NCBI GenBank assembly: GCA_040285825.1
Contig: JAUPSS010000008.1
Location: 1,054,001-1,118,000 of the forward strand
From: Eukaryota sp. TZLM1-RC
Taxonomy: Eukaryota > Protista > Metamonada: BaSk clade
Reading direction: 5' to 3'
DNA length: 64,000 nucleotides
Shown here piece by piece: positions 1 through 10,626 of this stretch. Numbering within the stretch: position 1 is the stretch's first letter; each line of letters starts with the position of its first letter. Position numbers and translations under genes: made by a program. Under the pieces are notes generated by a model that was not told the DNA's origin, did no database searches, and worked only from the letters and a program-made list of their open reading frames with translations.

Positions 1-2960
1 TCAATGAATTTTCTGACATTCTTAATGTAGCGTCCTCCGCAGATTTTGAAACCTTACACTACACAGACCCAAAGGTGTTCCAACAAGAACGCGTGTCAGT
101 GCTTATCTCACTTGCTTCTCTTGACCTCACGAGACTTCTGGCTTCTTCCTCTGACGATGCACGTGCTTTTTTTGACCGTTCTTGTTCTGCTCACCTATCC
201 ACTGCCGAAAGCGAAGACCCTGAATCACTGTTAATGCGTCTATGCCAGGCAGTCTTCTTTTACGCCAAAGGAGACATTGCTAAGGCCAGAACTCATCTCC
301 ACATCATTGAACAGACCGAGCCACACGACATTGAACCTGTTTACCATTATGTCAGTGCTTTAACCGACCTTGTTGATCACAAGTATAAGGAAGGTTTAGT
401 AAGTCTTCGCAAAGCCTTGGTTAGTTGTCTTGAAGGTAAGTCAGGAGGTTGTTTGATTCTTCCCTTTGTATATGTCTTGTTATCTCTCTGTTTTGGGGTA
501 TTGGGTGACTTTAACAAGGCACGGCTTTCCCTGCAGAAGTCAAAGGAAGTCTTTTTATCACGTGAAGAGGATCTTCCCTCTATTTACCATTTAGTTTACT
601 TTTACACTGATTTTCTTTCACACAAAAAGATGCCATCACGAGAGGGGTTTGATTCACTATCCGCTGCTCTCGATTTAGGCAGTCCTTCGGCCAGAATCTT
701 CGCAGCCAACTGCTTTATCCAACAACAACGACTCCAAGATGCTTCAAAATTAGTAAGAAGCGAAGGTCGCGTTGTCATTGATTTTAACAAGGCTGAACTA
801 CTTTACCTCCAAGGCATTGTGCACCAGATGGTTGGGCAGTTCTCCGATGCAGCAAAATGCTTTGATCAGGTCATGGCCATCTACGCAAAGCACAAGCAAG
901 AACACTTTGGCGCGATGTACGCTTTTGGACAGGTGACACTGACCCTCAAGTCGAGTGATTCGTTGTTTCCAACAGCAAAAAAGACAGTAGAAACTCTATG
1001 TGAAAGGATGCCAACTTCTATATCTGTTACTAGACTACTGGCTCATTGGCATCGAAGGACTAACAGCTATAACAAAGCAGTGGACTTGGCCAGGAAACTC
1101 ACAAGAGATGATCCTAGTAATGCTGATAATTGGGCATTGCTTGGCGAGGTTTCTTGTCATGTTAAAGATTTCGTCGCTGCCTTGGAGGCCTACGAAAAGA
1201 CTTTAGGTTTACTGAAGTATTTACAACGAGAAGTTCCTTACCAATTATATTATTCATTAGGGGTATTGCAACTCTACCTCTGTCATAATCTGGATTCAAC
1301 TGCAAGGTTTCTGTCGATGGCTAATGACTTGGTTCACTCAAAGATAAAGGATATCAACAAGCCTGGTGATGTTTATGTTCACCATTGGTTACATTGTCAG
1401 TACGCACTAGGGGTCGTGTTTGAAAGGAAGTGTGATAAGGAAAATGCCATATTACAGTTCAAAAAGGTATTAAGTCACGCACCAGACTACATTTCTTGTT
1501 ATATTAAATTGTGTTTCCTGTCTAATTCAAAGGCCACTCATTATGGATTACGGTGGCTAAAGTTGGGTATTTACGCAAACCCAAACTCTTCTGATCTGAT
1601 GAATGAAATTGGGAACTTTTACCACCGAAATGGGGATGTTCAGACAGCTTATGAGACCTTTAAGTCGGTCATAGAACATCGTCAGTTTGATTCGTATGCT
1701 CAATTGTCTAAGGCCAACATTAGAATTGCAACCATTCATGGAAGAGATTCCACATTTATTCAAACTGCTCTTTTTTCAGCTTTGGAAGAATACAAGAAAG
1801 TAATTGGGTGGAGGAAATTTAATCTTTTTGCAGTCGTAGGCTTGGCTTGTATATTGGGTTATCTTGGTGAGTATAACTCTTGCATTTCCCTCCTTTCCCA
1901 CGTCCGGGAAGCTCAGCCAGTCATTATCGACAATCACTTTCCGTTTTGGGTGCTGTTGGGTCATGCCTCAGTTCAAAACAAAGATATTAGGGGAGGCTTG
2001 AGACATTATAAAAAGGCTGAAACTATTTTGAAAAACACTCCTTTAAGTGAGTTGCGATGTGTCAAGAAAAACCATAAACTCGGTTTAATATACCAATTTC
2101 AGGCTCGTGCTTTGGTCAACCTTGATGAATACTCTAGTGCAGTTTCTTTGCTGAATCGAGCAATAAAGGAACTCCCCTATGACCTAAGGTTGGTTTATGA
2201 CCGCTCAGTTTGTCTTTTGGCTGAGTCGAGAAAGTCTCAGAAAGAATGTCAAGAGCTAATCAAGCAAGAAATATTAGACTTTTCAGCATTGAAGAAGCAA
2301 ACAGAGCAAGCCCACCTGTATGCAATCAGAACACAAGAATTTTTCTATTATCTCTATAACTGTTGGATCGCTAAGGAAACAGAAGACGTTAATGAATTGG
2401 GTATCACTAAAGAGGAAGCTTCATTTATTTTGAGCAAAGTACGACCTTCGATGAGAAAGTTCAAAGCTCTGGCTGATGGAGGTAAGAAGGCCACTAATAC
2501 TGCTGGGTCTTTAAGAAAGGCTGTAGAAAAGAAGGAGGAAGAAGGAAGAAACAAACTCGAGGAAAAGGAAAGGAAATTGCGTTTGATGGAAGAAGCAAAA
2601 GAAAAGAAAAGACAAGAGGAAGAGAGATTACGTTTGTTGGAAGAAGAAAAGATAAGAGAGCAAGCTCGAAAAGATAAAGAAAGACTTGAAAAAATTAGAT
2701 TACAGTGGGAAGAGCAAAACAAAGCAAAACCAACAAGAGGAAAAGGTAAAAAGGACAATTTTGTTTCTTATGCTTCTGAAGATGAGTCATCAGTTCCTGT
2801 CAACCCAGACTTGATTGCTGAAATGGAAGAGAGAGGTACATTGAAGAGGAGAAAAAGTGGACGTAAAACAAAGTTAAAGAAAGCTTCTCATGATTCAGAG
2901 ACTGATGAAGAACCAAAACTCGATTTAGGTGATGAAAAAACTTTGTCAGATTTAGAATAG
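1..2960 (+). CDS. CTR9: PAF1 complex TPR subunit CTR9 (5'-truncated by window edge)
   Basis: Long TPR array, a 'DSYAQLSKANI...ALEEYKKVI...NLFAVVGLACIL...LSHVREA' segment typical of CTR9, and a charged coiled-coil/acidic tail. The frame is open from base 3, so the true start lies upstream. Confidence 0.8.
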   Translation, partial: NEFSDILNVASSADFETLHYTDPKVFQQERVSVLISLASLDLTRLLASSSDDARAFFDRSCSAHLSTAESEDPESLLMRLCQAVFFYAKGDIAKARTHLHIIEQTEPHDIEPVYHYVSALTDLVDHKYKEGLVSLRKALVSCLEGKSGGCLILPFVYVLLSLCFGVLGDFNKARLSLQKSKEVFLSREEDLPSIYHLVYFYTDFLSHKKMPSREGFDSLSAALDLGSPSARIFAANCFIQQQRLQDASKLVRSEGRVVIDFNKAELLYLQGIVHQMVGQFSDAAKCFDQVMAIYAKHKQEHFGAMYAFGQVTLTLKSSDSLFPTAKKTVETLCERMPTSISVTRLLAHWHRRTNSYNKAVDLARKLTRDDPSNADNWALLGEVSCHVKDFVAALEAYEKTLGLLKYLQREVPYQLYYSLGVLQLYLCHNLDSTARFLSMANDLVHSKIKDINKPGDVYVHHWLHCQYALGVVFERKCDKENAILQFKKVLSHAPDYISCYIKLCFLSNSKATHYGLRWLKLGIYANPNSSDLMNEIGNFYHRNGDVQTAYETFKSVIEHRQFDSYAQLSKANIRIATIHGRDSTFIQTALFSALEEYKKVIGWRKFNLFAVVGLACILGYLGEYNSCISLLSHVREAQPVIIDNHFPFWVLLGHASVQNKDIRGGLRHYKKAETILKNTPLSELRCVKKNHKLGLIYQFQARALVNLDEYSSAVSLLNRAIKELPYDLRLVYDRSVCLLAESRKSQKECQELIKQEILDFSALKKQTEQAHLYAIRTQEFFYYLYNCWIAKETEDVNELGITKEEASFILSKVRPSMRKFKALADGGKKATNTAGSLRKAVEKKEEEGRNKLEEKERKLRLMEEAKEKKRQEEERLRLLEEEKIREQARKDKERLEKIRLQWEEQNKAKPTRGKGKKDNFVSYASEDESSVPVNPDLIAEMEERGTLKRRKSGRKTKLKKASHDSETDEEPKLDLGDEKTLSDLE

Positions 2961-3132
2961 AGTTGTAGAGTAATAATTTTAAAAACAAAATAAAATAAAA
3001 TTTATTTTTTATACTTATTTATAAATAATACATTTAATAATACATAGATTCCATGGTATTGTTTAATAACAATACCAGAAGAATTAAATAAAACCACATA
3101 ATTGGGCAATAATGTAGTAAGAAACACAGACT

Positions 3133-5055
3133 TCACCGTTTTCTTGAAAAGTTATTATTACTTCCACTCAAATGCAGCTTATTTCCATTCTGTTCAGAAA
3201 AAATTAATTTTGAGATTTTAGAAGAAATATCAGGTGGAAAATGTTGATTTTCAGTCAACTTTGATATAATTGAAGAAAAACCATTATTATTAAGAAACAA
3301 CAACACTTTCCTTGCATTTCCTCTGACAATCGGAGACGCATCCCCTAAGAAATTGCCAATGATTGAAATAATTTTCTCATAAAGACTAGTATTTAAAGTA
3401 CTAGAGTTAAATTCAACCATATAACCCAAAGCATTGACAGCTTCAGCTCTCACCAGGGCGTTCAAATTACCAAAATAACTCTGTAACTGACTCAAAGCCT
3501 TGGTACTAGAAACCACCTTAATGGTAACAAATAGAGTTTCACTTGCAGTTTCGGAAAGAAAAAGATTTGGTTCGCTAATTTTTCTAAACAAAACAGATAA
3601 TAAAGAAGGCAACTCACTATCCAAATGTCGCCCTAACACCGAACAGACATTACTGAGCGCTATAAGAGCATTCTTTGACACAGATGATCTCAAGTTATTG
3701 GCCTGGTTAATTAACAAAGGAAGACACGTCTTGAGGACAGTTATATCTGGATTTGGTTCCTTTGAATGCTTGGTTATCGATTCAATAGCCTTATTACAAG
3801 TCTCCCAATTATCAGAATTTAAATCATTAACCGCAGTGTTGATGTCTAATGATGGAGATGCAGAAGGGTTGTAGGTAGCATAGAGAGAACCCCTGGTCAA
3901 GAGATTTCTTTTGACCTGACCGGCAATTGGAGAGACGGGGGCAGAAACGGGTGAACTTGATTGGGGCCAGGTAATTGAATACAGCAGACTTTTACGATCT
4001 TCTGTTGACCTCAAAAGACCTGCACTCATCGCTTTCCTTCTCACTTTGTTATGCTGAGGGGTGGTCTTGGCCGAGACAGTTCCTCTTAGCTTTTTGAGAA
4101 TGGTAAGGCTATTTGACAGGTTACTAGTGTCCTTTGTTTGGGGGTCAGATTCAATGGAAAGAGGGGGTACAGGAGAGGTTCTGGAGTAGTTCGACATAGA
4201 AGTGGGTGGAAGAGAGGCTGGGATTGGGGTTTGGCGACGAAGTTTTTGCCTCATTGATTGTGACACAATGGGATTGGGTTTGGAAGAAGGAGTGGTGGAG
4301 GGAGGGGGAATAGGGGTAGACGACTTGATCTTACGTTGGTGATCTTCCGGTAGAATGACAAACTCTTCGCTTGAGAGAGAAGGGCGTTCAGGGAAGCCTA
4401 GCCGTGTATCTATAATGGAGTACAGTTCGTCAGAGACAGTGTTGAATGACCGTATGGTGTTGATGAAGTTGTCTTCACCAAGTGAGTCTCCCAAAACTAT
4501 TAGGGTTTCCACAAAGACGAAGGTTAGTTTGGAATCATTGTAGGTAAGGGGAAGACATTCAACACAGAGCTTTTTGATCAAATGTTGAGCATCGATGCCA
4601 GTAGCATTTGTTAAAGTTGCCCGTATTATACAAAAGAAACAAGATTGGAGACCCCTCTTCATAGTAGCTGGTTCGGCCATTGACGCATAGTCTAACAAAG
4701 AAGATAAGACAGGTCTTGCTGATAAAACTTCCACTACTATCATGACACATTTAGAAGAAGTGTCACGAATGACACGCTTAACATCAGACATGGAATCCCA
4801 TAATAGTTTTAAAATAGAGGGCAATTGTGGCATAATATCTAGTGTTATAAGCTTTGTTATATAGGATATTGCTTTCAGTCCATGTAATCTAATTCTAACA
4901 TTTGTATCATAGAGAAGTGCTGATATAGACTGTATGAAATCAGGGAGATTATGTATGATTTGATGAGCATTCTTTGAAGACTTGAGAAACTTGCAGAAAG
5001 CTTCTGCAGCCTCTGTCCTTGCCTTCGCATCTTCTTGATCGAAAGAGAACTGCAT
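3133..5055 (-). CDS. TOG/HEAT-repeat microtubule-binding protein (CLASP/TOGARAM-like)
   Basis: Two HEAT-rich domains separated by a Ser/Pro linker. The C-terminal 'LNSDNWE...NLRSSVSKNAL' matches a CLASP_N/TOG pattern. First ATG is at 5055. Confidence 0.7.
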   Translation of the reverse strand: MQFSFDQEDAKARTEAAEAFCKFLKSSKNAHQIIHNLPDFIQSISALLYDTNVRIRLHGLKAISYITKLITLDIMPQLPSILKLLWDSMSDVKRVIRDTSSKCVMIVVEVLSARPVLSSLLDYASMAEPATMKRGLQSCFFCIIRATLTNATGIDAQHLIKKLCVECLPLTYNDSKLTFVFVETLIVLGDSLGEDNFINTIRSFNTVSDELYSIIDTRLGFPERPSLSSEEFVILPEDHQRKIKSSTPIPPPSTTPSSKPNPIVSQSMRQKLRRQTPIPASLPPTSMSNYSRTSPVPPLSIESDPQTKDTSNLSNSLTILKKLRGTVSAKTTPQHNKVRRKAMSAGLLRSTEDRKSLLYSITWPQSSSPVSAPVSPIAGQVKRNLLTRGSLYATYNPSASPSLDINTAVNDLNSDNWETCNKAIESITKHSKEPNPDITVLKTCLPLLINQANNLRSSVSKNALIALSNVCSVLGRHLDSELPSLLSVLFRKISEPNLFLSETASETLFVTIKVVSSTKALSQLQSYFGNLNALVRAEAVNALGYMVEFNSSTLNTSLYEKIISIIGNFLGDASPIVRGNARKVLLFLNNNGFSSIISKLTENQHFPPDISSKISKLIFSEQNGNKLHLSGSNNNFSRKR

Positions 5056-5135
5056 GAAACGACTGCAGAGGGATAAGATTGCAGCAGATTGAGGGAAACT
5101 GTTATTTCGTTTGTTTTGCACTAATCACATTTTGC

Positions 5136-5369
5136 ATGACTCTAGTTGTTCGTTTTCTATATCTTCTAGCTGTCTCTTCTCTGGGAGTGTACCTAAAAAC
5201 CAATACCGATGTATCTAAAGTTTATCTTATCCTGGTAGCTTCTGTCCTGAGCATTTGTTGGAAGTCCTTTGTCAAATCTAAGCAATCTATAAGCCCAATC
5301 TTTCGTGCATTCTGCGTACTGATTGTCCTAATTGCTGCAATGGTTGTTCTCATTCGCAGCCTTAGCTAA
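5136..5369 (+). CDS. Small hydrophobic membrane protein, unknown function
   Basis: 77-aa ATG-initiated ORF with three hydrophobic stretches, divergent from the TOG gene. No recognised motif. Confidence 0.4.
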   Translation: MTLVVRFLYLLAVSSLGVYLKTNTDVSKVYLILVASVLSICWKSFVKSKQSISPIFRAFCVLIVLIAAMVVLIRSLS

Positions 5370-5559
5370 TTATTGACTCATTTACTATCTCACCTTTGAA
5401 CTTTCAATACTACCAGACTCAACATGTTTATTGTTAGCTGAGTTGTGTTATTTTATCAATTTATATGTGCTGAAATTGTTTACATCTTAAATATATATCA
5501 TTCTATTTATTTAATATTTAAATATTCTTTAATAAAATATAACATCAATCAATCCGTAA

Positions 5560-6483
5560 CTAATCACAATCATCTACCTCATAACTTTGCCTTTCTTGCA
5601 ACGCCCTGCACAATTTAGCCAACTTGTCCTTATCAGCTTTCTCCTTCTTCAACTTTTCCATTGTATTAGCCAGTTCAACGCCAGTCAAGGTAAGCCTATC
5701 ATTAAGAGATTTTACCTTGGTTTGAAGTTTAACATTGTCCTCTTGAACTCTTTTCGATTCACTGGTAACACTCTTAACTGTATCATGACTTTGCGTAACC
5801 ATATCTATAAGTTCTTGGTATTTTGCACCATATTCTTGGACTTGCTCAGTCCTTTCCTTTAAAGCTTGGTCTAATAACTTAATCTTTTCTTGTAACTGAT
5901 TAATAATGTTAAAAGCTTCTTTTTTAGAGTTGGTTTCCTGAGCAAGTTTAGCTTCTGCAAGTTGTTTTTCTAATGTTTTTCGTTCAATTTCATTTTGACG
6001 TTGAGCATCTCTATCTTCAAAATTCTTGACAATTTCTGCTAGTTTCTCCTTCATATTGGCCCTTTCATCCTCTAAGGCCTTTCTTTGTTGTGATTCAAGT
6101 GTAATCTTTTGCTCAACATCCGAAATAGATTGTTCAAATTTCAATGAGAGGTCCTTCCTATAGGTTTCTTGTTGTTCAATGTATTGCTTTGTTTCTGCTG
6201 ATAATGCCTTGTTCTTTTCCTGAAGAGTGCGGCACAGATTCGACAGTTTTTGGTTCTTTGAGTTTAAATCTTTGTTTTCGTCTTCTAATTGAGACATTTG
6301 CTCTCTCAGAAGAGTGTTTTGTAGATTCACCTTTTCTAGTTTGGTTTCGCTGTCCACAAGTCGTGAGACTATGGATTCATCAAGTTGATGTTGAGAAGTT
6401 AACTGACCCCGTAGTTTCGAGCTATAAGCTTCCTCATTGAACAATGAGAGCATAGTTTTCGCAATTTGAAGCTTGTCAGTCAT
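5560..6483 (-). CDS. Taxilin-family coiled-coil protein
   Basis: 'KLSNLCRTLQEKNK' and C-terminal 'KLAKLCRALQER' taxilin signatures. Confidence 0.8.
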   Translation of the reverse strand: MTDKLQIAKTMLSLFNEEAYSSKLRGQLTSQHQLDESIVSRLVDSETKLEKVNLQNTLLREQMSQLEDENKDLNSKNQKLSNLCRTLQEKNKALSAETKQYIEQQETYRKDLSLKFEQSISDVEQKITLESQQRKALEDERANMKEKLAEIVKNFEDRDAQRQNEIERKTLEKQLAEAKLAQETNSKKEAFNIINQLQEKIKLLDQALKERTEQVQEYGAKYQELIDMVTQSHDTVKSVTSESKRVQEDNVKLQTKVKSLNDRLTLTGVELANTMEKLKKEKADKDKLAKLCRALQERQSYEVDDCD

Positions 6484-6557
6484 GGAGAGATTGAAGAAGC
6501 TCTATTTTTGAAGGAAGAACAAAAAAATAAAATCAATACTTCCCAATCTTATCCAGA

Positions 6558-6950
6558 ATGTCTTCAGCTCGTGCTCAACGTGCGGCTAAAGTACTTCCTA
6601 AAAGTGTTAAATCTCTAAAAGCCTGCTTATGGTGTGGACTCATTAAAACAGAAGAACAGTTTATTGACCAGGGTTGTGAAAATTGTACTTTTCTTCACAT
6701 GGAAGGGGATCCAGACAGAGTAGCGGAAGTTACAACAACTTCATACGAGGGCATTGTGTCAGTTATGAACAATTCTACATGGGTCTCCAATTACCTGGGA
6801 TTAGGTACGTTTTCATAAAGTTTAATCAAAGATAAAGCAAAGCCTGGAGTATATGCTATGCACATCATTGATAAGATGCCAGAGAATCTATATGATCATT
6901 TTCGAGATCACGCCTCAGCTCCACCACGGTCGACTAAGTCCTCTGAATAA
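6558..6950 (+). CDS. SPT4: Transcription elongation factor SPT4 (exons 6558-6804, 6832-6950)
   Basis: 'ACLWCGLIKT..QF...GCENC' zinc motif. Removing the 27-nt intron restores the conserved 'KPGVYA' and gives 121 aa. Confidence 0.92.
6805..6831 (+). other. 27-nt spliceosomal intron in SPT4
   Basis: GTACGT...CAAAG; splicing restores the frame and the conserved C-terminus. Confidence 0.85.
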
Positions 6951-6995
6951 TAAATTTAATACACAGTTTTGAACTTCACATTCAACATCATTAAA

Positions 6996-7742
6996 TTACT
7001 TTAGTTTATGACCGAGTTTTTTTAACAGCTTTTGAATAGGTACCCAAGTGTCTTCACCAAAAAGTGTCTTACATAACACTTTTTTTCCAGTAAAATGGCC
7101 TTCCAAGTGAAGTTTAGATACCTCCTTCATTGAAAAAGGACCTTGAGTATCTCCCACAACACTAATTAAAACAGTAAAATCATGATTTAAATGAAAAGGT
7201 AATTGGTGTAATATATCATCTTGTCCTGAACGTTGGGTCAATTCAGTAAATGTATTAAAGTCTTCAGTTCTAGCTTCCTTCACAAGTCTACAAATTGTTT
7301 CTGCTGGTCTCTCATGAGGGAGCATATACTTGGTAATCTCAAAAGGTATTTCATCTTGTGCAATATGACTTGTCAATGTCCATTCAGTCTCTGTTTCTAT
7401 ACGTCTCTGTTTGGTTGATGGTTCAAAGGGTTTACGACAATCCTGGAGCCACGCATCATCCCTGGTGAGCTTTCCAGTATTACCTAGTTCATCAATCTCT
7501 GGATAATTAGGATCTTCTGTGCCTTGAAATGGCTCTAGTGGAAAATCGCTATAATCAGCACTGAAAAGACCACCTGCCAATGGCTGTTTCTCAGATAGAA
7601 TAGGTGCAACAGAATGATCTTCTTCATGCTGATGTGTAGTTACCTCATCTTCAGACTCGGAATCTGTTGCTATTAGTTCCTCTTCACTATGTTGAGACTC
7701 GTCCGGTGATTCTGGTTCCATAATTGTTTCTGGCTCTGACAT
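6996..7742 (-). CDS. CD2BP2/LIN1 (U5-52K)-like GYF-domain protein
   Basis: Acidic N-terminus, 'LEPF', 'DAWL' and 'LP...PAET' motifs, and a C-terminal GYF-like 'QGPFSMKEV...EGHF'. Confidence 0.7.
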   Translation of the reverse strand: MSEPETIMEPESPDESQHSEEELIATDSESEDEVTTHQHEEDHSVAPILSEKQPLAGGLFSADYSDFPLEPFQGTEDPNYPEIDELGNTGKLTRDDAWLQDCRKPFEPSTKQRRIETETEWTLTSHIAQDEIPFEITKYMLPHERPAETICRLVKEARTEDFNTFTELTQRSGQDDILHQLPFHLNHDFTVLISVVGDTQGPFSMKEVSKLHLEGHFTGKKVLCKTLFGEDTWVPIQKLLKKLGHKLK

Positions 7743-7834
7743 CGGCTAATAGCACAAATATGCCAAATAGTAGTAACAAGTGGAGATTTCTGAAATCTCG
7801 TGGATGTAGGTTGTGGATGTAGATGAAATGAATC
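7743..7834 (-). promoter_or_regulatory. Shared pre-ATG cassette, copy 1
   Basis: CTACATCCAC...GAAATCTCCACTTGTTACTACTATTTGGCATATTTGTGCTATTAGCCG directly abuts the ATG. Related copies at 20408, 23816 and 43555. Confidence 0.6.
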
Positions 7835-8382
7835 AAGCCAGAACTTTTACTATAAGATAAATCAAAATGGTCATTTTCCAAAGTCTCCTTCCAATACCCC
7901 CAGTTTCTTCTTTTTCAGTTATATGAGAGAAGATCTTGTTATGGAAAAATGTAAATAGGTAACCAATTGTTACACTGGAAATCATGATTAAAAGGTTGAA
8001 CCTGTGAAAATATTCTTATTGATGCTATTTTTACTAAGGACGTCCACTACTTTGCAACTGTACGTTTCTTAAAGTCATCTCTTCACATGCATACATCCTA
8101 GCTCTTTCCTAATGTATAAGTCATTCAATGAGTTGATGCTCCACTCTTTCATTTAAAAAGTTGCAGTAGCAAGAGGAGGATCTGTCAATTGTTGAGTAAG
8201 CGGTTTGAGTTTGTTCTTGTTAGTAAAGCAGTCTTTAAAAGTCTATTGGAATGTGACCTAGATCAAAATGATGACGTGCTTGTCAGAAAAAATGAGACCT
8301 TTACTTTCTGAAGTAATTAAAAATCTTGAAAAAATGAGGTGTAAAAAATAAACTGAATTTACATTAAATATAATGATACAAA

Positions 8383-9828
8383 CTACATTGAGTGTTCACA
8401 AAAATGAACACAATTACAACATCTATTAGCAGTAAAATCCTTATAATCATCAGAACTCTTGTAAAAATCTCTCTTATTACCAACAGAATCAGCTAAAGAG
8501 CCTCTATTACCCATCAGCCTAGTATTGCGTGCAATTTCATTGGTAGAGAGCGATTCCTTCAGCATTTCAGGGGAAGGAGGTTGAAAATCAGAGGAGGTAG
8601 GTTTTCCTGAAAAAGGCAAGGTCTTTTTAGGAGAAGATTTGGCTTTCGAAGACATAAATTGCTCAAACTGAGATCTATAAAACTCAGAATCAGGAGCTTT
8701 ATATTTAGAACTTTCAGTTTCCAATAGCCCAGAATCATTGTAATCAAATCTGATTGATGAATTTCTCATGTCAACATCACATAAACCTGACACTGGTGCA
8801 GCTTTTTTAGGAGAAAATTCCCTTTTTGTTTCGGAAACCCCTTCGAAAGCAATCTTGGGTTTAGGTTTTGAACGGCTTGTCACTGGATGATCATTCATCT
8901 TGTAATCAGAAGGTGATGGAGGTTTAAAACTGCCTCTCAATTCAGTCTCCATTGGTCCATAAACCTCCCCCAGATCAATACTTGACCTGGTTTTATCGAC
9001 TTTAACTTTAGGTTCGGGCACAATCTTGCCGCTTTTGTACTGATCTCTATAACTAGTTTTTCCTTCAAACTTTGGGGTCTTTCTAACAGGAGATCGTAGT
9101 GGTTGGGGCGAGGACAGAGACTGCTTGTAAATGTCAGAAGGGTGGGGGACATAGGTGGTTCTGGAGGTAGTGAAAAGATCTGGTGATGACGTTTCCTTGA
9201 GTGTAATGGATGATTGGCGAATTCTTTTTGAATAATCTTCATCCTGTCTAGACTTTTTGTCCAATGCAATTGGTTGATACTGGGAACGAGACTCCGACTG
9301 GCCTTGAAAGGGAAGGGACTTCTTAGCAGAGGAAACACGTGGAGGAGACGGCTTTGGGTATGCAGAGATCGAGGGAGGGGAGTACTTGCTGTTCTCAGTC
9401 TCAAAAATTCTCTCACTAGATGGAGGGGCTATGTTGGACACGCGTGCACGATCCTTAGGTTTGGAAGAAGGTGACGAGTAGATAGTGCTGTCGTAAGCAG
9501 GAAAATCTGAGTGAAGAGTGGACGCCCCATTGAATGGAAGGGAACGTTTTGGAGACACATTGATTGGAGACTTGGTTTCGAGTAATTGAGGAGAAATAGG
9601 ATGTGGTTTGTAAGTCTCCCTTGATGTAGTGGATAAATACCGCTCCCCACCAGGAGATAAATTAGAGGCAGGTGGCATAACAGGCTTTGCTGGACAACAT
9701 TTGTGTGGTACGTACTCTGCCCTCGATGTTGAACAGCCTTCAAAGGGGATCTTCGGCTTTGAAGTGGGAGTACGAGCAACACGTCCAACGTGGCACGTAC
9801 AGTTACATCCACATGAATTACAAGTCAT
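8383..9828 (-). CDS. SAXO/FAM154 (STOP-like) microtubule-stabilising protein
   Basis: N-terminal CxxCxCxCxCH cluster and repeated 'PF(E/Q/N)GxS(T/E)xxxx(Y/F)' Mn-like motifs. First ATG is at 9828. Confidence 0.75.
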   Translation of the reverse strand: MTCNSCGCNCTCHVGRVARTPTSKPKIPFEGCSTSRAEYVPHKCCPAKPVMPPASNLSPGGERYLSTTSRETYKPHPISPQLLETKSPINVSPKRSLPFNGASTLHSDFPAYDSTIYSSPSSKPKDRARVSNIAPPSSERIFETENSKYSPPSISAYPKPSPPRVSSAKKSLPFQGQSESRSQYQPIALDKKSRQDEDYSKRIRQSSITLKETSSPDLFTTSRTTYVPHPSDIYKQSLSSPQPLRSPVRKTPKFEGKTSYRDQYKSGKIVPEPKVKVDKTRSSIDLGEVYGPMETELRGSFKPPSPSDYKMNDHPVTSRSKPKPKIAFEGVSETKREFSPKKAAPVSGLCDVDMRNSSIRFDYNDSGLLETESSKYKAPDSEFYRSQFEQFMSSKAKSSPKKTLPFSGKPTSSDFQPPSPEMLKESLSTNEIARNTRLMGNRGSLADSVGNKRDFYKSSDDYKDFTANRCCNCVHFCEHSM

Positions 9829-10191
9829 TTGGGAGACAGCCAGTAGGTAGAAGGGGTAGCGTTGTTCGATATTGTTGTTTCCTTTTTTGGACCTAATCCT
9901 AATTGGTTTCAAAATCTCTATTTTTGATTCACTGATCTATGTAACACAACCTCATTTCTTAGCCTGTTGTTCCTTCAGCAATATGCTGAAAATAAGCCTA
10001 TGAATTTTATTGTTTGAGTAATTATTTAATTATTACTACATTCGCCTTACTAAGTAAAATAAGTAAAATCTCTAATTTGATAATAACGACAAAAAGGTCA
10101 ATAATGACTTGTCTCGTATTAAGGGTACTATCAAGCATTTGTGGCTTAATTGGAAATGTTATTTCATCTTCTTAATTTAAACCTCACACAT

Positions 10192-10317
10192 CTGCAATTC
10201 CCAACAATAGACAACTTGGAACTTTTCCATCATTATACTTTGCAGGTAGAATAGGTACACAAACTATATACTATACAGATATTGAGGCCTTTCATTTAGA
10301 CTTATTCTGGCTCCAGC
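10192..10317 (-). mobile_element. Isolated Fanzor 3'-end remnant (last codons plus omegaRNA-like region)
   Basis: Minus strand GCCAGAATAAGTCTAAATGAAAGGCCTCAATATCTGTATAGTATATAGTTTGTGTACCTATTCTAC aligns with 47583-47648 (the 'NERPQYL' end of copies A and B). Confidence 0.75.
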
Positions 10318-10626
10318 TGATTCGATATCGAAGTTACAGTTATAGAACCAATAATAATGCTTATTAACCCCGTTCAAAACATCATCATGACAGCCAAGCC
10401 TGTAAATAATCTTGTACAAATTCGAGTCCTATCATCGTACATGTGAAGTTCAATATCATCCACGAGATTGTAATCAAATCAAAATGCAAAGTGACGATGA
10501 CTAACTCAGGTTGAAAACAGTAATGTGTCAATGTAAGCAACACTTATAGCTTTCCAATGACCCAATAAGTGATTATCAATAACAAATGAAGTACAAAATT
10601 TACAAAACCAACCACAAAACTATTAT

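Noticed and set aside
7746-7777. Pre-ATG cassette as a 32-nt 5'-UTR intron (GTTACT...TTAG)
   Set aside because: The size fits, but the donor lacks the GTnnGT seen in all five supported introns, and the EXO70 copy has no GT at that distance. Not excluded without RNA data.
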